This document shows, piece by piece, positions 38,891 through 52,552 of a stretch of 64,000 bases of DNA. Position 1 is the stretch's first letter; each line of letters starts with the position of its first letter. The stretch is from Chiloscyllium plagiosum (Eukaryota). Under the pieces are notes generated by a model. The model saw only the letters and a list, made by a program, of their open reading frames with translations, was not told the DNA's origin and did no database searches. The translations under genes and the position numbers were made by a program. The stretch covers positions 81,229,912-81,293,911 of the forward strand of contig NC_057718.1 of NCBI RefSeq assembly GCF_004010195.1. Reading direction: 5' to 3'.

Positions 38891-41800
38891 AATTGATCAA
38901 GCAATCAGTGCAACTTGCTGTAACTGCTGCAGTGTAGAGTTGATAACAATGGGATGTGGGCATTGCTGGTTAGATCAGTATTTATTGCTCATCCCTCATT
39001 GTCCAGAGGGCAGTTGAAAATCGACAATGTTGCTATGGGTCTTGAGTCTCATGTCAACCAAGCTAGGCCATAAGATGCAGGAGCAGAAGTAGACAACTCA
39101 CACAATTAAATGCTTTCTTCACATGCCTATGTTATCTTCTCATTCATCCTGTCCTACAAAATAGTTACCATTAAGGCCTTTGACTACCCCACCATTGTTG
39201 TCTTTCCCTCATTATTTCTTAAGAACAGAGGATTCACTTTTCCACAGGACATTAGTGCACTGGATGATTTTTGTTTGCACAGCAATCAACAATAATTATA
39301 GGGTTGCCATCAGCAATTGGCTAGCTTTTTATTCTATGTTTTTGTTGAATTCTAATTCTGTCATCTGTCACAGTGAGATACAGAAACAAATTTGCAGAAC
39401 AGTAGCTTGGGGTTCGAGATAATTCATCCAGTTACATTGCCGCAGTGCCACCACTTCCCCTTTTGGTTTATGTTCTGTAATAGTTTCGAATGCATTTCTC
39501 CAATTTGCTCCATTGTCTGGGTTTGCAGCCAAGTACCACTTTTGCAACAAAGGGAAATAGTTTTAGTTTCTGTCTTTATTTTAAAATGGCAGTGGAGTTT
39601 TGGGGTTGTTTACTGATTTAGCTATGGCAAGCATTAAAGTGAAACTGTCTCCAAGTTGTATTTGAGACAATGTGGGAAATGGTGTCTTGAGGAAATTTAG
39701 GATTACCAAAGTGTTTGATATTTTCCAATTTTACTGCAGAGATTGGTCAGTGTTATGAGAAGCTCGATACTACTGCATGCACTGTTGTGGTGTTAAATAT
39801 AAAGCTGTCATGTGAGTGCAGCTCATTCCTGAAAATGAGGTGCAATTCTCCTCCAGCACAACTTATAATATTAACTGACATGTCAAATGTCAAAGAATGT
39901 TGTCTGTTACTCATTTCTAATTGGTTACTGCATGTCTCATTAATCAATGTTTAGATTCCCAATTAGCTATATGTGGCTCGCGAAATAACTCCAGAGGTCA
40001 GCATCCCGTAATCAACTTTTATTTACAGACCTTCCTTCAGTACTGTGTCTTCAGAGTCAGCTGTCAGAGTGCCAAATTCTCTCATACTCCTCTTTTTACT
40101 TGTAAGTCAGTGCTCTATGATTCGACCAGATGAACAACCCCAGTCAGGGAACTCTTATTCTATGAGGTCCAGCTGGCTGACCTCATTACAGTCACTGCAG
40201 TTAGGAGTGAACATTTTGGACAGTGTGACATTAGTCCAGGAAACCATGAATTAGTTATCAATTTGACTGGTTTTGGTGAAATTAACTTAGAGTGATCTAA
40301 TTATGTGTACTCTGCGTTCAGAGTTTTTGTTAAGTATTGTTAGTTACTCATACTTTCTTCTTGCTGTTTTTGGTTGTAATACACACCATTCTTTATTTGT
40401 TGTGCTACTTAGAATCTGAAAGTTTAGGTTTATATTTTCTTTATTCTCCATCTAGCAGTTATTAATTTGGAAAGACTTATCCATGGTTTATGGTATGCCG
40501 TGTTCCCAGTTGCAGTTCACCTTATGTTCAAATGTGTCAAGTTACTTCATCAGAGAAGAAATTGATTAAGAATGTTATTCCCTTTTGCTAATATTGATTG
40601 AGAGATCAGGGATAGTACTTTCCCTTGAGTTTTTTAGATATACATTTTCTTTGATTTTACTTATTCATCCTCAACGACTGACCTTTTGCTACTTTGTTTT
40701 AAACTTACTGTTTGTTTGGTCTTTTCCCCTTTTCATTGCTGTGCCTGTTGATTAGCTGTATGCTTAATTATAGACTTCTCTGCAAAGAGTCAATTATGTT
40801 TCAATCAACATTTACAATATTTTTTAGCTACTATTGTGTTTTTAGGATCAAGTATTTCAAAGAATGAACTAGCATGTTGATTTATGGGTCTTGCACGGTT
40901 GATATTAAACAATCCAATCTGTACACAGTCTGCAAAGCAGAAAGTGATTTTATTGTGTTTTCCTTTGTGATGTTGGAATTGCTAGCCACATTGAGCACAT
41001 TCAAAATATCAACAATCAATTAAACCTATCGATATCCCATTCACTTGAGTCTGTATTAAGCTTCATACAATTCATGCAATTCGTTCAAAATAATTATTGC
41101 AGTTATTGTGTGTATTTATCTTTTAAATTGGTTAATACACATGCTGCATTTAAGATTTTTATTGGGTTTGTTCCATGTGGCACATATGAGTTCTGAATAA
41201 TGTCTAGTTTGTCAGTCTGTTATCCTCAGTTTTCAATACATTGTGAACTGAGTTGGTGATGTCTTCACTGACCTAGAGTAGGTCCCCCATTATATTACAC
41301 ATATTGTCCTGATTTTCCAAAAAATATATCGCCTCATCCTATCCAAACTTTACACTACACTCCTCCAGCCTTTGTATCCCCCAAATACACCTTAGTCATA
41401 ATTTCCAACCATGACTTGACAATTCATTAAGCTAATTATGTTTAAGCTCCCCACAAACAAAAATGTCCGTTGGAATGTTTGGAACTTAGAAGTTACATAA
41501 ATGCAAAGCTTTTTGCTGCATTGTAATATATTCCAGGTACAAATTATTGTTTCAAGGATTAGTTGAACATAAGGCACTTCATGTTGTGATGTAATTGCTT
41601 AATCTGTGCTACTGCAAAACTCAGATTTTAACAAAACCAAAAATATTTGATGCAAAAAAGCACAAAAATCATCATCAATATCCAGCAAAATAATGAAAGC
41701 AAATGCTGTTGATGTTGGAAATGCCAATGGATGCTATCTTTCTTGCTGCGTATTTTCGAGCGCACTCTATTTCTTTTATGTAGGTGTTAAAGGTCATGAG

Positions 41801-43233
41801 TTGGAAAGTTTTTATCAAAGGAGGCTTCATGCATTGCTACAGTGCACTTTGTATATAATACATACTGCTGCAAATGTGCACTGGTGATTGGGAATGAGGG
41901 TATTAGTGATTGTTTAAGGTTGTGCATGAGGTACTGTTTTCTTGGATGGTGTCACAGTCTTGTGTTGCTGGGGTTGCACTCATCCACATAAGTTCGGAGT
42001 ATTCCATTTTGTTCTTGTAGATGCTGAACAGGCTTTGGAAAGGCAGGATTTATGTTTGCTGCGACAGAATTCACAGTGTCTGACATGATCTTGAAGTATG
42101 TATACGGCTGGTACAGTTCAGTTCTGGTCAATAATCACCACCAGAGTGTTGATAGGAGATTCAGGGACAGTCATGATGTGGATTATCCAGGGAGCCAGTT
42201 AGACTCTGTCTTTGAGGTTGGTTATGGCCAGCATTTGTGTGGTGCAAATGTTACCTTCCATTTCCTTACTGTAGTGCTTTAGTACAACTTAATCTTAGCG
42301 TTAACCACATTGCTGTGTGACTGGAGATAGACGTAAACCAGACTGGGTAAGGAGACATATTTCTTCCCCTAAAAAGACATTAATTTCCATTGGGTTGTTA
42401 TACGATTGATAATTTACTCTTATCCTAGGTTTATTAACTAATTGAATTTAAATTCCCCAGCAACTGTGGTAGGATTTTTGTCGGTATCTCTGTGTCAGTT
42501 CCCCAGGTATGCAGATTACTCATCCAGTAATATTATTGCGATTGTACCAGTACCTCTAGTTATATAGTTATCTAAAAGTATTTCACAAATGAAAATGTAT
42601 AAGCAGCCGAACTGTTGCCTGCCAAATATCCTTACAAATGTGCTCCTTTCTGCTTATGGTGGCTCTGGTTTTGTTTCTTCTGTTGCCCTTACCTATTTGA
42701 TAAACATATTTGTATTTGAGGATGTAACAAGCAGAATGGAGAGAGACAAAAATGTATTTGTAATTAAAAATCACACAACAGTTCTAGTCCAACAGGTTTA
42801 TTTGGAATCACTAGCTTTTGAAGTGCTGCTTCTTCATCAAGTGGTTGTCGAGCAGAATCATAAGACAGAGACTTTATAGCAACAGGATTGCAGTGTCATG
42901 GAACGTAATATTAAACACATTTACCTTAAGTCTTTCATTTTTTAGAATGACCATGTCAGTTTCGGTTCCTTCATATGTAAATTCCAGAACATTTTTAAAG
43001 TTACATTCTCAAAATAGCTTTTAATAATAGGTGTCATCTCAACTCAGATAATTGAAGGTGTGAAGTTAAAGTCTGTCTGTGTCCCAATGTTAGATCAGAC
43101 GTATTTTATTTCTAAAGTGTGAATTACAAAATCTTGCATGGATTTATGCAGTTTTTGAGCAAAATAAAATGTAACTATGCAAGTACAAATTTATCCCACA
43201 AGCTTATGTGTGTGTGAGCATGTGCTGGGGAGA

Positions 43234-43273
<40 letters not shown>

Positions 43274-46164
43274 CTGAGTGTAATGGGTATACGTCTGTGA
43301 GAGAGTGTGTGTGTGAATGAGACAGAGAGAGAGAGAATGGAGTAGTGGGGTCACCTGTTGTGTGACATGAACCCAAGGTCCTGGTTGAGCCCATCCCCAT
43401 GGGTACCAAACCTGACTATCAGCCTCTGCTCGACCAGTTTGCGTTGTTGCCCGACCCGAATTCCTCCTTAGAGGGTGGTCACCCAGAGGTCCGGTGCCAA
43501 ATGTACTGGACCACTGACTGGGAAGGAACACTCCTGCCTGGTGAATGTTGTCCATTGCTGTTGTCTTTGCTCAGTCTTGCTAATGTATTATGCCTCAGGC
43601 ATCCTTGCCTGTAATGTATAAGATAGACAACATTGGCAGAGTCACATGAGTACCTGCCACATACTTGGTGGGTGGTGTCTCCACAAGTAATGGTGGTGTC
43701 TGTCGACATTCTGACATGCCTTGCAGCATCTGCCGTGACAAGATTATATGGTGCTGTCCTGAAAGCAACGCAGTTTGCTGCGAATAATGATCTCTTTAGT
43801 TTGGCGGTTGATTAAAGGCGAGAAGGGGATGCATGTGGAAGGTTCTGCTGAGGTGCTCATCCTCATTGATGATGTGTTGCCTGCGAAGAACATGGTGTAG
43901 GTTTTTGGCTCCTGGGAAGTACTGGACAATGGAAGGTACCCTGTCAGTTGCAGCTCGTGTCTGTCTCCTGAGGCGATCATTATAGTTTCTCACTGTGGCA
44001 CGTCCGAACTAGCGGTCGATGAGTTGAGCATTGTACCCTGTTTTTATGAGAGCATGCTTGAGTACTTCCAAGAATCTGTCATGTTCCTCCTCATCTGAAC
44101 AGATCCTGTGTACACGTAGGGCTTGTCCATAGGGGATGGCTGTATTAATATGTTTAGGGCAGAAACTAGAGAAGTGTAGCATCATGAGGTTATCCGTGGG
44201 TTTACAATACAGTGAGGAGCTGAGGTGCCCATCTTTGATTGAGATGCATGTGTCCAAGAATGAGACAGATACTAAAGAGTCGTCCATGGTGAGCTTGCTG
44301 GTGGAATGAAACTCATTGATATCTCTGTATAGTTGTCTCAGTGACACCTCACCATGGGTCCAGAGGTAGAAAATGTCATCAACATACTTGATATATAGTG
44401 TTGGTTGGAGGTCCTATGTGGAAAAGAAGTCTTGTTCAAACTTGTGCATGAAAATGTTGGCATACTCTGGTACAAATTTGGTCCCCATGGCTGTTCCATG
44501 TGTCTGGATGAAGAATGGTTGTAAAGGTGAATATGTTGGGCTCGAGGATGAAGCAGATGAGTTGTAGGACCATGGCAGTTATTGGTATTGAGTACTGAGG
44601 CTGTTGTCGCGATGCCGTCATTCGTGGGGATGCTGGTGTGAGAGTGCTGAATGTTCCCATTTCGACTGGTCCACGGGTGCTGAGTTTCTGTAAGAAATCT
44701 GTAGTATCGCAACAGAAGCTGGGGGTCCATTGTGCAATGGGTTTCAAGATGCCTTTGACATAGCCAGAGAGATTCTCACACAGGGTCCCCTTGCCTGATA
44801 TGATGGGATATCCTGATGTGTTGGCATTGTGTATCTTTGGAAGGCAGTAGAAGTCACCTACGTGAGAAGTGCATGGGATGAGGGTGTGGTGGGAACTCTG
44901 AAGGACTGGATCCAAAGTCCACATCAATGTCATTAGTTCACAGGTGTGCTCTTTGGTCAGATTGGTAGTTGCCTCTAATGTTCCTGGTTGTTCAGTTGTT
45001 GGTACACTTCCCTGCAGTAGTCCATTCTGTTCTGAATGATGATGGCTCCTCCTTTATCTGCTGGTTTGATGACCATATTGCGATTGATTTTGAGAGCATG
45101 GATGACGTTGCATTGTGATTGGGTGATGTTTTGTTCTACCTTGTGGATGCTGCTGATGAATCTGGCATTTATATATTTCTTGACAGTTTGAGCACACACG
45201 TCAAGCTCAGGTCAGCAGTCCTTCGGTGGGGTCCAAGTTGACTCCTCCTACGGATCCTTGTGATGACTGTTCTGTTTCATTGGTGGAATCACTGCTGGCA
45301 GCTTGACACAATTTCCGGAGGTTCATTCATCTGGTGAATTCCTCCATGTCTGCTGCAAGACCCATGGGGTCCATTTTAGTGGTGGGGCAGTACTCAAGCA
45401 TGCTCTCATAAGAACGAGGTACAACGCTCAACTCATCAACCACTAGTTCTGACATGCCACAATGAGAAACCACAATGACCTCCTCAGGAGACAAACACGA
45501 GCTGAAACTGACAGTCTACCCTTTCATTGCCCAGTACTTCCCGGGAGCCGAGAAACTACACCATGTTTTTCGCAGCCTGCAACACATTATCAATGAAGAT
45601 GAGCACCTCGCCAAAACCTTTCCCACGCTTCCCTTTCTCGCCTTTAAACAACCGCCAAACTTTAAACAGATCATTGTTCGCAGCAAACTGCTTGGCCTTC
45701 AGGACAACACCATATAACCCTGTCACAACAGACGCTGCAAAACATGCCAGTGTGTTGACACGGACACCATCATTACATGTGGGGACACCACCCATGATGT
45801 GTGCGGCAGGTAGTTATGTGACTCTGTCAACGTTGTCTATCTCATATGCTGCAGGCAAGGATGCCTTGAGGCATCATACATTGGCTAGACTGAGCAGAGG
45901 CTAGGGCAATGGGTGAATGGACATTGCACAACAATCACCAGACGGGGTGTTCCCTCCCAGTTGGGGAGCACTTCAGCGGTCCGGTACATTCGGCCTCGGA
46001 CCTTTGGGTGACCATCCTCCAAGGCTGACTTCGGGACAGGCAACAATGCAAAGTGGTCAAGCAGAGGCTGAGATAGGCAAGATTGGTACCCATGGGGATG
46101 GTCTCAACCAGGAACTTGGGTTCATGTCACACTGCAGGTGAGCCCACTGCACTCTTTCTACCAA

Positions 46165-46692
46165 CACACCACGCCCCACACACACATGTTCTCCCCCCCC
46201 CCCCACACACACACACCCCCCACACACACACATGCCCCATATGCTGTCACGCCCATATGTTCTCACGCCCTACACATTGTCTCATATGCCCTCATGCACC
46301 CATCTGCACTCACAACCACACATGCACCCTCTCATACATTCACAAGGCTCACACATGCACCTGCACTCACCTCCTGACCTCTCACCCACACAGGCATCCT
46401 TTCATATGCTCTCAGGCTCCACACATGCTCTCACGTCCCACATACGTTCTCACGCATACACCCGCACTTACATCCACATACACGTACCCTCTCATACACT
46501 CACAAACCCTCACCCACAGTCTCGCGCACACATGCACCCTCTGATATGTTCTCTCTCACTCACTCGCGCACTCTCTCTCGCGCGCACATGCTCACACGCG
46601 CGCACACACGTGCACACATGCTGCCTCTCATGCTCACACACAGGTCTCCCCTGAATGCATGCGCGCATGTATATACACACACACACACACAC
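46165..46692 (+). repeat. Degenerate CA-rich low-complexity tract in the PLE 3' UTR
   Basis: CACA/CTCA-rich array. The counterpart (TG)n/(GA)n tract on the other arm is at ~43206-43335. Confidence 0.9.
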
Positions 46693-47082
46693 GCTTGTGG
46701 GGTACGTTTGTACTTGCAGAATTACATTTTATTTCACTCAAAAGCTGCATAACTCCATGCAAGATTCTGTAACTCATACTTCAGAAATAAAACAAGTCTG
46801 ACCGAACATTGGGACACAGATAGATGTGCATTATCAATGCATTATCTGAGCTTAGAGGCACCTGTTGTTAAGTGCATTATCTGAGCTGAGATGGCACCTA
46901 TCAAAAGCTATCTTGAGATGTAACTTTAAAAAAAGTTCTGGGATTTACATGTGAAGGAACCAAATCTAACATGGTCATTGTAAAAGATGAAAGACTTAAG
47001 CTAAATTTGTTTAATATTACATTTCCATTTCACTGCAATCCTGTTGCTATAAATTCTGTGTCTTGTGCTTCTGCTCCACAAC

Positions 47083-47120
47083 CACCTGATGAAGGAGCAG
47101 CACTTTGAAAGCTAATGATT
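47083..47120 (+). ncRNA. Decayed hammerhead ribozyme in the PLE terminus
   Basis: CAC-CTGATGA-AGGAGCAGCACTTT-GAAAGCTA-ATG. The core is intact, but stems I and II are mutated. Confidence 0.6.
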
Positions 47121-48930
47121 CCAACTAAATCTTTTGGACTATAATCTGGTGTTGTGATTTTTAACTTTGTCCACCCCAGGCCAACACCGGCACCTCCAAA
47201 TCATGTATATGTAGTGTATTTGAATTTCCTAAAGGCTTTTATAAAGTATACACGTAAGTTTACTGCAGAAGATAACAGCTCATTGTGTAACTTAGCAAAT
47301 TAGTGTGGATAGAGGTTGTATACGAGGAAACAGGAAGCAGACTGTAACCAGTAGAGTCCATAGGCGCCAATATTGGGATCTTAATGATCTGCATTAGTAA
47401 CTTGAATTAAGGGGTAACTAATCAGCCAAATTTGCTGATAATTCAAAGCATGGTAAGGAAAGCAAGTGAGGATACAAAAGCATATAGACAAATTAGGTGA
47501 GTTAGCAAACATTTGACAGATTATAATGTGAGGAAATGTAAAATTGTTCACCTTGTTTAAAGTATTATTTAAGAGGTGAGTGGCTGCAGAATACTGCAGT
47601 ACAGAGGAATCTGAATTTCCATGTGCTTGAATCAGTAAAGGTTAGCCTACAAGTGTGGCAAGTAATTGAGGTTTGTAATCTGTATTGCATAGGGAAAGGA
47701 GTATAAAAGAATGAAACGTTGGTAGAATTGCTTAGGACATTGGTGAGACTGCATTTGGAGTACTATGTATAATTTTCATCATTTCAGATAAGGACAGAAT
47801 ATACTTGCATTGGAAGCGGTTCAGAGAAGGTACTGTAACTGATTCCTGGCTTTTCTTTTGAGAAACTGTTCAGCAGATTGGGCCAATATTCATCAAGAAT
47901 TTAGAAGAATGAGAGGTAATATTATTTAAACAAAGAAGATTCTGAGAAGGCTTGACAAAATGAAATACTGAGAGGATGTTTGCACTAATGAGTGAATCTA
48001 CAACTAAGAAGCACTGTTTAAAAACAATGTATGTCTCATTTACTACAGATATTAGATGAAATTTCTTCTCTCAGCGGGTTGTTAATCTCTGGTTTTCTCT
48101 TCCACAGACAGTAGTAGAATGTGAAACTATGCTAAAGGACTGTGTTGGACAGATTTTTGATCGACAAGTTGAGCAAACAGGAAAATGGAGTTAAGGCGAC
48201 AATCCAATCAGCCATGATCTCATTGAATGGTAGAGCAGACTTAGGGGGTTGAATGGCCTATTACTGGGCCTTCTATTATGGTCTTGTAATGTTATCTGCC
48301 AATGGTATGCAGTTAGTCACATTTACTGTATTATGTAAATCTATTTGGCAGATATTTTTCTTTATTAAGAATGGGCTTGTGTTTGGGCTTATAAAATTTC
48401 TTGGAATTTACGCATTTTTTGATCCATGTTCTGAATGTATTCTAATTGATTTAAAGATGGGGAAACTTTCAGAATTTCATGTCCAGTCTGATGATTGTCT
48501 TCTTTCCTGCAAAGAATGAGTCTCAAAGATATGTCACTGAAAATATCTTGTAATTCTAACCAACCCCTCATGGTAGCTTCCCATTGGGATAAGGAACTCT
48601 CTTTTTTCATCTCCCTGTGCCAACTGGCAGTTCAACTCAAAGCATATCTTCAATTGCCTCTATTATTTGGATAGTAAATATCAGGAAAATTAAGTTCCAG
48701 GATGATGTGTTGAGGTTGTAGCTAATGATGATACAGATTAACTCTATTTATTATTGCTCTTTATTTAATATATTTTATTTCTCTCAGGTTTGTTTGGTTA
48801 ATTTAAACCTGATGGTATTTTGATTTTTAAGTATTCTGTGTTTCTTTTGAAGACCAAATGAAGCATAAATTTGCCTGTCTCAGTTCATGTGTTATTGTGT
48901 AACAATTTTTTGTGCCAGGATCGGTTGGTT

Positions 48931-49563
48931 ATAGATAGTTATAGAGATGTACAGCATGGAAACAGACCCTTCGGTCCAACCCATCCATGTCGAACAGATA
49001 TCCCAACCCAATCTAGTCCCACTTGCCAGCACCCGGCCCATATCTCTCCAAACCCTTCCTATTCATATACCCACCTAAATGCCTTTTAAATGTTGCAATT
49101 GTACCAGCCTCCACCACATCCTCTGGCAGCTCATTCCATACACGTACCACCCTCTGCGTGAAAATGTTGCCCCTTAGGTCTCTTTTATATCTTTGCCCTC
49201 TCACCCTAAACCTATGCCCTCTAGTTCTGGACTCCCCGACCCCAGGGAAAAGACTTTGTCTATTTATCCTATCCATGCCCCTCATAATTTTGTAAACCTC
49301 TATAAGGTCACCCCTCAGCCTCTGACGCTCCAGGGAAAAGAGCCCCAGCCTGTTCAGCCTCTCCCTGTAGCTCAGATCCTCCAACCCTGGCAACATCCTT
49401 GTAAATCTTTTCTGAACCCTTTCAAGTTTCACAACATCTTTCTGATAGGAAGGAGACCAGAATTGCACGCAATATTCCAACAGTGGCCTAACCAATGTCC
49501 TGTAGAGCCGCAACATGACCTCCCAACTCCTGTACTCCATACTCTGACCAATAAAGGAAAGCA
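48931..49563 (-). mobile_element. Young 5'-truncated CR1 3' fragment
   Basis: Open 183-aa ORF2 C-terminus (LYRTLVRPLLEYCVQFWSP...VWNELP). Very similar to 56260-56873. Possible TSD TGGTT. Confidence 0.95.
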
Positions 49564-49599
49564 TGGTTGCTCCATCTTTTCTAAAACCTCCAACAGATT

Positions 49600-50080
49600 A
49601 CTTAAATGTGGAGCTAATGGCCAACAGCTTCTGAAATTGAGATTAGGTAGAATGAGCCATGTCACTGGAAGTAATTTTGCTATCTTGGCCAACCATCCAC
49701 CTTGCACTCTAAATTTGAGCTTACACGATCTCTTTTAGCCATGTCTTAGGTTGTGCCAAAGCCAATTCATCTAACTCCCAGCTGACCTACATTTGTTCTG
49801 TGTGACAGCATCTTGAATTTATAATTCTAATCCTTGATCTTAATGTGCTTCACGTCCTCATTTTCCCTATATTTGTAACTGTCTCAACCCGCAACCCTCT
49901 AAAATCACTTCAGTTCTTGTTTCTTGAAGATCCTATTTTTATTTCATCATCTTTGGCGGCTGTGGATCAAATTGTCTTGACCTTAAGCTCTGAAAGAATC
50001 TGTATATTTCTCTGTTGCTTTGGCTCTTTCACAACTTTCTTTACATTCTACTCTTTGAGCAAGCTTTTAGTCCCTTGTAA
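49600..50080 (+). mobile_element. L2 LINE 3' remnant
   Basis: Resembles the 4740-5070 remnant (..ILANHPPCTL..L, NPLKSL). Confidence 0.45.
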
Positions 50081-50861
50081 TAATGGCCCAGATCATTTTA
50101 TCAGTGGCGATGCATCTACATTGTCCCTGTCCACAAAGACCTCTGTGCCCTTGACCTTTTTTGCACTCTTCCAACTAGGATTTCTGTTCCTGGCTAGAGC
50201 AGCAAAGAACACATCAGTGAGTCAAATAGGGATGGGTGAAGAGGAACATTGCAGAAAAAACACTTCCTTTTTCTGACCTTAGCTGCTTCATTCACTTTAG
50301 TTTTTAAAGATATGGTTGTGCTTTCAATGGAACTGATTTATTTACTGCTACTAATCTTACATGTATATTTTGTCTGTGGTGCTTCTCCACTATCACGAGC
50401 ACTCTCATTTTGCTCTGAGGCATTTTTGCTATCCATTCTTCTTGCTCCTCCTTCCTCACTTTTTCTACATTTTAAAACCTGTCACTCTGTCAGTCTCCTT
50501 CAATTTCAAAGAAGAATCATATTGGACTAGAAACACTTTGTTTATCTTTCCATTCCTGCTGCTAGACCTGTTGAGTTTCTCTGTCTCTTACCACCTAACT
50601 TTATTGAGATACGAACTTTACAAGACGAACTTTACTGATATGTCCAAATACTAGCAGATGAAACTAGGTCAATTGGGATGTCTGGTCAGTATGAATGAGT
50701 TGGATCAAATGCTCTGTTTCCATGCTGTATGACCCTATGGCTTTATATTCTGTGTCTTGGTTTATTTTCTGTGTTTTAAGACAGTGCCAGAGAGTACAAG
50801 ATTAAACAAACTTTTCACTGTATTTGTAATATATACACAATAAATAAATGAAATCAAATCG

Positions 50862-51430
50862 GTTATACAGCACGGAAACAGACCCTTCAGTCCAATGTGT
50901 TTGCACCAACCAGGTATCTTAAGCTGATTTCATCCCATTTGCTAGAATATGGCCCATATCACTCTAAAACCTTTCTTTTCAGATATCTATCCAGATGGCT
51001 TTTAAATGTTGTAATTGTACCCGCCACCAACACCACAGCCCTTTCCATACACATTCCACTCTCTGTGAAAATGTTGCCCCTCTGGTCCCTTTTAAATCTT
51101 TCCCCTCTCACCTTAATCTGTACCCTTAACCTATCCTTGAGTTTTGGACTCCCTTTACCCTGGAAAAAAGACCTTAGCTATTCACCTTATATATGCCTGT
51201 CATGATTTTATAAACCTCTATAAGGTCTTCCCTCAGCCTGTGATCTTCCAGGGGCAAAAAACAGCATGTTCAGCCTTTCCCTTTAGCTCAAACTCTCCAA
51301 TCCTGACACCATCCTTGCAAATCTTTTCTGAAGCCTCTCAAATTTAACAACGTCTTTCCGATGGTAGGGAGACCAGATTGAATTCTAAAAGTGGCCTCAC
51401 CAATGTCCTTTAAAGCTGCAACATGACTCT
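50862..51430 (-). mobile_element. CR1 3' fragment
   Basis: Diverged homolog of 48931-49563. Confidence 0.85.
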
Positions 51431-52552
51431 TATACTGATGCACATATTCTAGGGACTTCAAAAGATTTGTATTATTATTTTCTGAGGTGGCTCAGTGTCA
51501 ATGTTCTTATAATGCACCTTAGGATAACTTATCATGTCAAAGTTTTTAAAATAATTCATCCACAGGATGTGGGCTCTGCTGTCTAGGCCAGTATTTACTG
51601 TTGCACTTCCCTAATTGCCCTTGAGGAGGTGGTGGTGACCTGTCACCGTAAACTACTGAAATCCATTTGGTGCAGGTATCCACAATGCTATTAGACAGTG
51701 AGTTATTTAAGTGTCATTTAAGAAGGTGATTCATGGTTCCAAACAAAGATACATCCCAATAAGGAGTAAAGATTCTAAAAGAGGGAGAAGCCAGCCATGA
51801 CTAACAAAGGAAGTTAAGGAGAGTATTATGTTGAAAGAAAGAGGAGGCAAAAGTCAGTGACACCCCCAAAGACTAGGATAAATTCAATATCCAGCAAAGG
51901 AGAAGTAAAACGATAATAAAGGCATAGAACATAAAATTTGATAACAGGAAATTTTTTAAATATATAAAAAGGAAGAGAGGTCAAAATGAACCCATAGGAC
52001 CCTTAGAAAATGTATGGGGAACAAGGAAATAGAGGAGTTGAATAGGTATTTTACATCTCTCTTTACAATGGAAGATTTAAACATCCCATTAATAATAAAG
52101 AATACTAGGGATGAATTAAGAACCATTACTAGAGAAGTAATACTAATGGCACTAAAAGGCAGATAAGTTCATTGGCCCTATGGCTTGCGTACTATGATCC
52201 TAAAAGAGCCAGTTACAGAGATAATGGATGCATTGGTTATAATTTTCTGAAAATCCTTGGATTCTGGAAAAGTACAAAAAATTGGAAAACTGCTGGCGTG
52301 ACACCCCTATGCAAAACAAAATTAACTATAGGCCAATTAGTCTAACATCTATTGTAGGAAAAGTATTGGAAACAATTATTAAGGAAGTAATAACTAAACA
52401 TAATCTAATCAAGCAGTCTCCGTTTAGCTTCATCAAAGGGAAATTGCATCTGACTAATTCAATAGAGTTTTGCGAGGAAGTCTCAACGAGAGTGGACAGA
52501 GCGGAACCAGTTGTTGTTATATTTGAACTTCCAGAAGGTGTTTGACAGAGAA

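Larger units (their letters stand above)
42763..47202. mobile_element. Penelope-like (Neptune-type) retroelement as an inverted composite: minus arm 42763-45390 (RT + GIY-YIG), plus arm 45390-47202 (thumb + GIY-YIG + pLTR + tail)
   Basis: GDFYCLPKIH, GTAMGT, YVDDIF, FLDTCI..LYCKPTD, PCHNRRCKTC and CDSVNVVY..YIG motifs. TSD ATGTAT(T/A)TGTA at 42752-42762 and 47203-47213. Confidence 0.95.
42690..48290 (+). mobile_element. Old CR1 RT fragment split by the 4.4-kb PLE
   Basis: FEDVTSR at ~42715-42736 continues as VVYLNFLKAF after 47203. AKFAD and a CR1 tail follow at ~48220-48290. Confidence 0.8.

Noticed and set aside
46083..46752. His/Thr-rich ORFs
   Set aside because: These are translations of CA-rich low-complexity DNA.
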